Positions 53,166-61,076 of a stretch of DNA of 64,000 bases are shown here, piece by piece. The stretch's first letter is position 1. Each line of letters begins with the position of its first letter. The notes under the pieces are model-generated. The model was not told the DNA's origin and made no database searches. It saw only the letters and a program-made list of their open reading frames with translations. The stretch is from Ekhidna sp. (GTDB lineage: Bacteria; Bacteroidota; Bacteroidia; Cytophagales; Cyclobacteriaceae): assembly GCA_963691765.1 (NCBI GenBank), contig OY829375.1. The stretch is one strand, 5' to 3'. The translations under genes were made by a program, and so were the position numbers.

Positions 53166-54713
53166 ATGAGCAATACACCAGACGGAGGATCATTAAAAAA
53201 CATTGTTTCTCACTGCAAAGAGTACGGATTTATCTATCCTTCAAGTGATATTTATGATGGCCTAGGGGCAACCTACGATTACGGGCCGAATGGATCTGAA
53301 CTTAAGAACAACATCAAGGAATATTGGTGGCAAGCAATGGTGCGCATGCATGAAAATATTGTTGGAATAGATGCGGCTATTTTTATGCACCCTACTACCT
53401 GGAAGGCTTCTGGTCATGTGGATGCATTCAATGACCCCCTCATCGACAACAAAGATTCAAAGAAAAGATACAGAGCTGATGTCTTGGTGGAAGAGTATAT
53501 CGCTAAGATTGAAGGAAAAATCAAAAAAGAAGTGACCAAAGCAGCTAAGCGTTTTGGTGATGATTTTGATGAAGAGCAATTTGTGTCCACCAATCCAAGG
53601 GTTGTTGGTTACAAGGAAAAGATCAAGTCTATTGAGGATCGATTAGGCAACTCGCTGGGAAGTGGAGATTTAGCAGATGTAAAAGCACTGATAGAAGAAT
53701 TAGAAATTGCAGACCCTGTTTCTGGCTCTAAGAATTGGACAGATGTTCGTCAATTCAATCTGATGTTCTCTACTGAAATGGGATCATTGGCTGATGGCGC
53801 AGATAAAATTTACTTAAGACCCGAAACTGCTCAGGGGATTTTTGTGAACTACCTCAATGTACAAAAGACGGCACGTATGAAGCCCCCTTTCGGTATTGCA
53901 CAAATTGGTAAGGCTTTCAGAAACGAAATAATTGCACGGCAATTCATCTTCAGAATGCGTGAATTCGAACAGATGGAAATGCAATTTTTTGTGAAGCCTG
54001 GCTCTGAGATGGAATGGTATGAGCACTGGAAACAAAAAAGAATAAACTGGCATAAAGCACTAGGCCTTGGTGAAGAGAACTATCGATTCCATGATCACAT
54101 CAATCTTGCTCACTATGCCAATGCGGCGGCAGATATTGAATTCGATTTTCCGATGGGATTCAAAGAGCTAGAGGGAATTCACTCTCGTACAGATTTTGAT
54201 CTTAAGGCGCATGAAGAGCACTCTGGTAAGAAGCTTCAGTTTTTTGATCAAAATACGAATGAAAGCTATGTGCCATATGTAGTGGAGACCTCTATTGGAT
54301 TAGATAGAATGTTTCTCGCAGTAATGTCGGCAGCGTATACAGAAGAAAAACTAGAGGATGGAAGTGAACGTACTGTTTTGAAGATTCCACCTGCTTTAGC
54401 GCCAAACAAGGTTGCTATTCTTCCCCTTGTAAACAAGGATGGTCTGCCTGAAAAAGCTGAAGAAATATTGAATGAAATTCGTTTTGATTTTACTTTCCAA
54501 TACGATGTAAAGGACGCCATCGGAAGAAGGTACAGAAGGCAAGATGCTATCGGCACTCCATATTGTGTGACCATTGATCATCAAACATTGGAGGACAATA
54601 CGGTGACCATCAGAGAACGTGACAGCATGAGTCAAGAAAGAGTATCAGTCTCCGAATTAATTCAAAAGCTTCATGATAAAGTAGACATGAAACATCTGCT
54701 AAAAATGCAATGA
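53166..54713 (+). CDS. glyS: glycine--tRNA ligase (homodimeric class II type)
   Basis: The track start is TTG at 53157 and the ATG is at 53166. Blocks are CKEYGFIYPSSDIYDGLGATYDYGP and GKAFRNEIIARQFIFRMREFEQMEMQFF. Confidence 0.95.
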   Translation: MSNTPDGGSLKNIVSHCKEYGFIYPSSDIYDGLGATYDYGPNGSELKNNIKEYWWQAMVRMHENIVGIDAAIFMHPTTWKASGHVDAFNDPLIDNKDSKKRYRADVLVEEYIAKIEGKIKKEVTKAAKRFGDDFDEEQFVSTNPRVVGYKEKIKSIEDRLGNSLGSGDLADVKALIEELEIADPVSGSKNWTDVRQFNLMFSTEMGSLADGADKIYLRPETAQGIFVNYLNVQKTARMKPPFGIAQIGKAFRNEIIARQFIFRMREFEQMEMQFFVKPGSEMEWYEHWKQKRINWHKALGLGEENYRFHDHINLAHYANAAADIEFDFPMGFKELEGIHSRTDFDLKAHEEHSGKKLQFFDQNTNESYVPYVVETSIGLDRMFLAVMSAAYTEEKLEDGSERTVLKIPPALAPNKVAILPLVNKDGLPEKAEEILNEIRFDFTFQYDVKDAIGRRYRRQDAIGTPYCVTIDHQTLEDNTVTIRERDSMSQERVSVSELIQKLHDKVDMKHLLKMQ

Positions 54714-55501
54714 TTTTAATTGTCATTTTATTTGGATTCATTGGCTTTTTGATCCTGGGGATATTTTATGATGTGATCTACTATTTTTTCCTGGAGGCGA
54801 AATCCCAATTATCTCCATATTTCTTCAATGAAACACATGTTAGATACCTGCAGAAGCATTTTGTCTATTACAAGAAGCTCCCTCCAAAATCGAAGAAATT
54901 ATTCATTCATAAGGTTGCAAGATTCATGTCTAGTAAGGATTTCATCCCTAGGCAAATGCAGTCTGTTAGTGATGAAATGAAAGTTTTGATTTCTGCATCT
55001 GCAGCTCAGCTTACTTTCGGCTTTAGAGGGATAATATTTCCGTATTTCTATAAGATTTTCGTTTTTCCTGAGAGCTTCTATAACCATCAGAATAAAGCCT
55101 ATCATAAAGGTGAAGTGAATCCAAAAATGAAGGCGATAGCACTTTCGTGGAAGGACTTTGTAGAAGGCTATTTGCAAGAAGATGGAAGGAACCTTGGTCT
55201 ACATGAAATGGCCCATGCGCTAAGGCTTGAAAATAGGATTATGAATTCTGAATATGGCTTTTTAGATGATACAGTTTTAAGAAAGTGGGAAAATCATGCA
55301 CGTAGAACGATGATAGAGATCAAGAATGGTGAAGAGACTTTTTTTAGAAAGTACGGAGGGGTTAACAATGAAGAATTCTTTGCTGTGGCTGTTGAAAATT
55401 TCTTTGAGAGACCTGTTGAATTCAACGAAAAGCATCCAATGACTTATTCAACACTTTGCAAACTGCTGCACCAAGATCCGCTATTGTTAGAAAAAACCTA
55501 A
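54710..55501 (+). CDS. MtfA/M90-like zinc metallopeptidase with N-terminal TM helix
   Basis: 263 aa with the zinc motif GLHEMAHAL and the block EEFFAVAVENFFERP typical of the MtfA family. Its ATG overlaps the glyS stop (ATGA). Confidence 0.7.
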   Translation: MILIVILFGFIGFLILGIFYDVIYYFFLEAKSQLSPYFFNETHVRYLQKHFVYYKKLPPKSKKLFIHKVARFMSSKDFIPRQMQSVSDEMKVLISASAAQLTFGFRGIIFPYFYKIFVFPESFYNHQNKAYHKGEVNPKMKAIALSWKDFVEGYLQEDGRNLGLHEMAHALRLENRIMNSEYGFLDDTVLRKWENHARRTMIEIKNGEETFFRKYGGVNNEEFFAVAVENFFERPVEFNEKHPMTYSTLCKLLHQDPLLLEKT

Positions 55502-55510
55502 TTTGTACGC

Positions 55511-56842
55511 ATGAATTGGCTTCAACTTTTATCACATAAACGACCTGGCGAAAGTCAAAATATAGCACACGATCAAACAAGAAGTCGGTTTGAACAAGAT
55601 TTCGATCGCATCATTTTCTCCCATCCTTTTCGAAAACTACAAGATAAAACACAGGTTTTTCCGCTACCCGAAGACGACTTTGTACACACCCGATTGACAC
55701 ATAGTTTAGAAGTATCAGTTGTGGGACGCTCACTTGCCAAGAATGCGGGAATCTATCTTCTAGAAGAGTATCCTGAGCTTAGTAAAGCAGGATATACTGT
55801 GCATGATTTTGGCGGCATTGTTGGTGCCGCCTGCCTTGCGCATGACTTAGGGAACCCCCCATTTGGCCATTCAGGAGAAGACAGCATTTCATCATTCTTT
55901 TTGACTAACCCACATGGCCAATTCTTTGAAAATAAAGTTTCAAAAGAGGAATGGAAAGACCTTACAACCTTTGAAGGAAATGCTCAAGGACTTAGAATAT
56001 TAAACAGCAAGGGAAATGGGGGGTTGAAACTGACATACGCCACTCTCGGTGCATTCACCAAATATCCGCTTTCATCATCCTGCGAAAAGGAAAAAGGCAG
56101 AAAGAGTCAGAAAAAGTTTGGATACTATCAATGCAATGCTAGCCTATTCGCTGAAATGGCTTTAGAAATGGAGCTTGTAGAGCTAGCTCCAAACAAATGG
56201 AGCAGACACCCTTTAGCATTCTTAGTTGAAGCCGCTGATGATATCTGCTATCACATCATCGATTTGGAGGATGGTTGTAGACTTGGCCTTGTTCCTTTCG
56301 ATCAAGTAAAGAACTTGTTAGCAGAGATTATTGGGGCATCCTATTCAGAAGAAAAAGTCCAGAAAATAGCATCCCAAAATGAACGATTAGGTACACTTCG
56401 TGCAATGGCAATTGGTCAACTTATCCAAGAATGCTCAGAGGCATTTATAGAAAATGAGAAAGCCATGCGTGAAGGTAGTTTTGATACCGATTTAACAAGC
56501 TTGATTCCCTCAGCACCTGCACTCAAGAAAATAATCACCTTATCAATAGACAAAATCTATCGGTCCAAATTAGTATTAGAAAAAGAGGCAGGTGGTTACG
56601 AAGTTATTGATAGCCTTATCGACTCATTTGCTAATGCAGTATATGCCAATCAATTTGATAAGCCATTGCCTAAGCATAAGTCAATTTTGAGACTTCTCCC
56701 TGAGGAATACGAAGTTCAACTAAAAGGTGTTGAATCTGTCTATGAAGCCTTGCAGATAGTCATTGATTTTATCAGCGGACTTACAGATTCTCACGCTGTT
56801 AGGCTATATAAAACGATTAAAGGATATAGACTTCCAGTCTAA
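55511..56842 (+). CDS. dgt: dGTP triphosphohydrolase-family HD-domain protein
   Basis: 443 aa with blocks FEQDFDRIIFSHPFRKLQDKTQV, HTRLTHSLEVS and HDLGNPPFGH. Confidence 0.9.
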   Translation: MNWLQLLSHKRPGESQNIAHDQTRSRFEQDFDRIIFSHPFRKLQDKTQVFPLPEDDFVHTRLTHSLEVSVVGRSLAKNAGIYLLEEYPELSKAGYTVHDFGGIVGAACLAHDLGNPPFGHSGEDSISSFFLTNPHGQFFENKVSKEEWKDLTTFEGNAQGLRILNSKGNGGLKLTYATLGAFTKYPLSSSCEKEKGRKSQKKFGYYQCNASLFAEMALEMELVELAPNKWSRHPLAFLVEAADDICYHIIDLEDGCRLGLVPFDQVKNLLAEIIGASYSEEKVQKIASQNERLGTLRAMAIGQLIQECSEAFIENEKAMREGSFDTDLTSLIPSAPALKKIITLSIDKIYRSKLVLEKEAGGYEVIDSLIDSFANAVYANQFDKPLPKHKSILRLLPEEYEVQLKGVESVYEALQIVIDFISGLTDSHAVRLYKTIKGYRLPV

Positions 56843-57204
56843 TCATCCACGGACTTTCCGTCTTTATCCAGAATTTCCCAGAACAAGATGTAGCTAGCTG
56901 TGCTATCTCTTTCTAGCAATGTCATACTGGTGCTAAACTTACCTGGGATATCATCTACTTTGAATTTGAAGACTCCAAGCTTGTCATTGAGGGTTACAAA
57001 ATCATAGTCCCATAATTCAATTTCATTCCAACCTTCTGAAACATCCATGACGAGGCCAACTTGCTCTACATCACCTGTATCTACTCTATGATAGAGCTCT
57101 CCTTCAGGCCATATCTTATGACCATCCTTTTTTAGATACATTTCATCTTTATCTATCTCATCTGGTGTGGTGCATTGCACGGAGTTGATTCTCAGTTTTG
57201 GCAT
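56839..57204 (-). CDS. hypothetical cytoplasmic protein (121 aa) with C2-like acidic motifs
   Basis: No signal peptide. The motifs KLRINSVQCTTPDEIDKDEMYLKK and WNEIELWDYDFVTLNDKLGVFKFKV resemble C2/PLAT-type beta-sandwich signatures. It lies 39 nt downstream of the MFS gene. Its stop overlaps the dgt stop by 4 nt (convergent). Confidence 0.5.
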   Translation of the reverse strand: MPKLRINSVQCTTPDEIDKDEMYLKKDGHKIWPEGELYHRVDTGDVEQVGLVMDVSEGWNEIELWDYDFVTLNDKLGVFKFKVDDIPGKFSTSMTLLERDSTASYILFWEILDKDGKSVDD

Positions 57205-57243
57205 AGTCTCGGTTGTTTACTACTTAAATTTAACCAAGAAGCC

Positions 57244-58425
57244 TTAATCTTCTGCTTTAGAAGGAATCATGATTTTGTTGCTTTTCCAAATCGCTAAAGT
57301 GATAAACTGAATAAGAATGAACGGCAAGGTAACAAGTAGCAAAACTTCCCACCCAAATTCAAAGACTACCCAGCCAGCTGAAAGTGAGGCAACAGCCTGG
57401 CTACTAAAAAGGAAAAACTCATTAAATGCTTGCACTTTGAAGCGTTCACCAGATGTATGGGTTTGTGGCAATAGGGTGGTGCCTGCTACAAATAGAAAAT
57501 TCCATCCTATTCCAAGTAAAATGAGAGCTACCCAATAGTTGTGCACAAAATGACCGGCAAATGCAAAGCCAACACAAATCAGGTATGCTATCAATCCCAA
57601 TATCATAACTACAGAAACGCCAAATCTATTGATCAAATGCCCAGTGATTAGCGACGGCAAGAACATTGCAACTATATGACTTTGAATAACTGTTTTGGTG
57701 ATATTCAACGAGTGACCATCCATGACATGCATACTTACTGGAGTTGCCGTCATTATGAAAGCCATTACTGCATAGCCAATAGTAGCGCCTAATATCGCAA
57801 CCCAAAATGTTTTTTGTGACGCAATCACAGACATTTTCCGGGGTTTAGCTATAGCCTTTTCTTCTTGACTTATGGTATTCTCATATCTCAACAAAATCAA
57901 GAATCCCATTACAAATAAACCTCCCAACAATAAAAACGAGCCTGCAAACTCCGTCGCCAAGATATCTTTCCCCAGCAACGCCACTTCTGGACCAATGTAA
58001 GCAGCAGCAATTCCACCTAATAGTACATAAGATGCTGCCTTTGGTATTTGATCCTCAGCAACGCTTTCCATAGAGGCAAATCGAAATTGCATGATGCAAG
58101 CGCTAGTCACACCTAAAAGGAATGTGCACAAAGAAAAGAGGTAGAAATGCGATATATAAATGGCATAAGATGCCAATAATGCTATAATTAACGAATAAGC
58201 GGCCACCATCAAAAATGTCTTTCTTCGACCAAGATTTTTCATCATCATCGTCAAAGGGACCGTAGCCAAGGCAGTACCAACTATTATTGAAGCAACGGGC
58301 AAGGTTGCCAGTTTTTCTGAAGGGGCAATTTTATTTCCAATCAATCCTCCCGCGAATACATTGAGAGAATTCACGGACATAATGAAAGCTTGAGCAATGG
58401 TTAGTGTCCATACATTTTTATGCAT
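57244..58425 (-). CDS. MFS transporter
   Basis: 393 aa with about 12 predicted TM helices and an MFS-like loop GRRKTFL between TM2 and TM3. Confidence 0.85.
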   Translation of the reverse strand: MHKNVWTLTIAQAFIMSVNSLNVFAGGLIGNKIAPSEKLATLPVASIIVGTALATVPLTMMMKNLGRRKTFLMVAAYSLIIALLASYAIYISHFYLFSLCTFLLGVTSACIMQFRFASMESVAEDQIPKAASYVLLGGIAAAYIGPEVALLGKDILATEFAGSFLLLGGLFVMGFLILLRYENTISQEEKAIAKPRKMSVIASQKTFWVAILGATIGYAVMAFIMTATPVSMHVMDGHSLNITKTVIQSHIVAMFLPSLITGHLINRFGVSVVMILGLIAYLICVGFAFAGHFVHNYWVALILLGIGWNFLFVAGTTLLPQTHTSGERFKVQAFNEFFLFSSQAVASLSAGWVVFEFGWEVLLLVTLPFILIQFITLAIWKSNKIMIPSKAED

Positions 58426-58651
58426 TGCTGCAAGGTACCCAATCCTTTATCCACATAGCAATACAAATAGCAATAAGGTAAAATGGACGACTCAGAAAAT
58501 TCTATCCAACTGTAAGAATTAAATAATCCTAAAAACAAACTTCGGCATACCTTTAGCAATGGTATTTGATGAGAATTAAATAAATGTTTAAATCTTCCAT
58601 TAACTAAAGATCATAAACCCCTGAAAATCTTGCCTCTAAGCATGATCTTCT

Positions 58652-58659
58652 TACCTTTG
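58652..58659 (+). promoter_or_regulatory. -7 promoter box TACCTTTG for the RND/MMPL gene
   Basis: Perfect TAnnTTTG, 14 nt upstream of the ATG at 58674. Confidence 0.45.
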
Positions 58660-58673
58660 CGCACTATTTTATT

Positions 58674-61052
58674 ATGTGGTCCAAACTAGCTCATACAATC
58701 CTACGTTTCCGCGTCACACTAATGGTCTTTTTAGCATTGGTGACGGTGTTTATGGGATATCAATCTCAAAACATTAAGTGGTCTTATGACCTGGCCAATA
58801 TTGTACCCGAAAGTGATTCGGATATGGTATACTTCCGTCAGTTTCGAAAAACGTTTGGTGAGGATGGAAATATAATGGCGCTAGGGGTTCAAGACAGTAG
58901 CGTCTACGAGCTTGAAAATTTTAAAAAGTTTAGTGAGTTGACATACTCCTTAGAAGCTAAGGAAGGAATAAGAAATGTTTTAGGACTGCCTAATCTTCAA
59001 AAGCTTGAAAGAAACAATCAAAAAAGGATATTCGAATTAAAGCCAGTTTTTGATGAAATCCCTCAGGACCAACCAACACTTGATAGCCTTCTAGGCGGGG
59101 CAAGAAGTCTCAAGTTTTACAGTGGTCAACTTATCAATGACGAGAACGGAGCTACTCTATTGCTTATCACTATAAAGAAGGAAATACTCAATTCGAAGAA
59201 TCGAGACCAACTGGTGAACTTCATTATTGATGAGGGTGAAAAATTTGAACAAGAAACTGGCATCGATGTTCACTTTGCAGGACTTCCGTATTCAAGATCT
59301 ATTACAACTAGCAAAGTAAAAGCTGAGTTAAATATGTTTTTGGTGCTTTCATTGATCGTCACGGGAATAATCTTATTCTTGTTCTTCCGATCATTTAAGG
59401 CTGTATTCTTCCCACTAATCATTATCGGAGTAGTTGTTGTATGGGTGATGGGAACCTTAGCATTACTTGGCTACAAGATCACGCTCTTGACCGGTCTCAT
59501 TCCACCAATTATTGTGGTAATTGGAATACCGAATAGCGTATACATGCTAAATAGGTATCACCATGAATTTAGTGAGCATGGTGATCAGATGAAGGCACTG
59601 AGTCGAATCATTAGGAAAATTGGTGTGGTGACCTTTATTACCAACCTGACTACTGCAGTAGGATTTTTTGTATTAGCTACCACTCAAATTAACGTACTTG
59701 TAGAGTTTGGAATAGTAGCCGGCATCAATATCATGGCAACTTTCATTGTGAGTATCATCCTGATTCCGGGTGTGTTCTCCCTGTACAAGCCGCCATCACA
59801 GAAACATCTTAAACATCTTAAGTTCAAACTCCTCGATTGGGTGATTAAGAAAATTGATATTGCCGTTCATAAGATGCGTCCTGCTATTTTCATTATCACA
59901 ATAGCAGTAGTAGCTGTTTCAGCATTTGGATTATCAAAAATTGTAGCTGTGTCTTACATGGTCGATGATATTCCTGAAAAAAGTCCGCTAAAAAAGGATT
60001 TGAGATTCTTCGAACAAAACTTCAGTGGAATAATGCCTCTTGAAGTAATTATAGATACAGGCGCTAAAAAAGGAGTTCAGAATTTAAGAAACTTGAGGAA
60101 GATCAATGAGTTTGAAAATTTCATTTCCTCAATTGATGGGATATCTCAACCTATATCTGTTGTAAGTTTTGCCAAAGCAGCAAGACAAGCCTTTTACAAT
60201 CAGAACGTGGGTTTTTATTCTTTGCCTACCAATCGAGAATTGCCATTTATCATGCGCTTTTTAAGCGAGGGAGAAACAGAGGAGCTCTCACAATCTTTTA
60301 TTGACTCAACAGGTCAATTTGTAAGGGTGTCGTTAAAAATTGCTGATATAGGATCTAACAAATTAGACTCGTTGGTAAACGGTGTAATTGCACCTCAAAT
60401 AGATTCCATTTTCATGGATTCTAAATTGGATGTCAATGTAACTGGCACTACCCTGATGTTTATCAAGGGCAATAAATTCTTGATTGAGAATTTGCTTACC
60501 TCAATGCTTATTGCATTCGTCATCATTGCTTTAATCATGGCGCTATTATTCAGAAACTTTAAAATGATTATCGTTTCTATTATTCCAAACATTATCCCGC
60601 TGCTAATTACGGCAGGAATCATGGGCTATTTTGGAATCCCATTGAAGCCAAGTACCGCATTGATCTTCAGTATTGTATTTGGAATATCTGTTGATGATTC
60701 GATACACTTTCTCGCGAAGTATAGACAAGAACTTTTTGCGAAGAAATTTGATGTTTCCAAAGCCATAAGCAAGAGTATTAGAGAAACTGGATCAAGTATG
60801 ATTTACACGTCAATTATCCTGTTTTTCGGATTCATCATTTTCGTTTTGTCAGAATTCGGAGGAACTATTGCACTTGGGAAGCTTACCTCCATTACACTGT
60901 TTTTTGCAATGATTACTAATGTTGTGGTTTTGCCAGCGCTAATCTTACAGTTTGACAGTGGCAAACGCGACAAGACTAAGCATCCCCTAATCGAAGATAT
61001 ACCTGAGCTTGCGGAGGGCATTGACGATGACAAACCAAAAAAGAAAAAATAG
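58674..61052 (+). CDS. RND-superfamily exporter of the MMPL/SSD (HpnN-like) type
   Basis: 792 aa with two repeats, each a large extracytoplasmic loop plus about 5-6 TM helices. The C-terminus is Lys-rich. Confidence 0.8.
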   Translation: MWSKLAHTILRFRVTLMVFLALVTVFMGYQSQNIKWSYDLANIVPESDSDMVYFRQFRKTFGEDGNIMALGVQDSSVYELENFKKFSELTYSLEAKEGIRNVLGLPNLQKLERNNQKRIFELKPVFDEIPQDQPTLDSLLGGARSLKFYSGQLINDENGATLLLITIKKEILNSKNRDQLVNFIIDEGEKFEQETGIDVHFAGLPYSRSITTSKVKAELNMFLVLSLIVTGIILFLFFRSFKAVFFPLIIIGVVVVWVMGTLALLGYKITLLTGLIPPIIVVIGIPNSVYMLNRYHHEFSEHGDQMKALSRIIRKIGVVTFITNLTTAVGFFVLATTQINVLVEFGIVAGINIMATFIVSIILIPGVFSLYKPPSQKHLKHLKFKLLDWVIKKIDIAVHKMRPAIFIITIAVVAVSAFGLSKIVAVSYMVDDIPEKSPLKKDLRFFEQNFSGIMPLEVIIDTGAKKGVQNLRNLRKINEFENFISSIDGISQPISVVSFAKAARQAFYNQNVGFYSLPTNRELPFIMRFLSEGETEELSQSFIDSTGQFVRVSLKIADIGSNKLDSLVNGVIAPQIDSIFMDSKLDVNVTGTTLMFIKGNKFLIENLLTSMLIAFVIIALIMALLFRNFKMIIVSIIPNIIPLLITAGIMGYFGIPLKPSTALIFSIVFGISVDDSIHFLAKYRQELFAKKFDVSKAISKSIRETGSSMIYTSIILFFGFIIFVLSEFGGTIALGKLTSITLFFAMITNVVVLPALILQFDSGKRDKTKHPLIEDIPELAEGIDDDKPKKKK

Positions 61053-61076
61053 ATTCAATTACAATTTTTACTGACA

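Noticed and set aside
55511-56842. dGTPase as an anti-phage dNTP-depletion defence gene
   Set aside because: The context is housekeeping (glyS, peptidase). No neighbouring defence genes or mobile-element signs are present. The motif set fits the ordinary Dgt-like family.
58447-58455. Single perfect DnaA box TTATCCACA in the MFS/RND divergent gap
   Set aside because: It is an isolated 9-mer with no second box or AT-rich unwinding-type region nearby, so it is compatible with chance.
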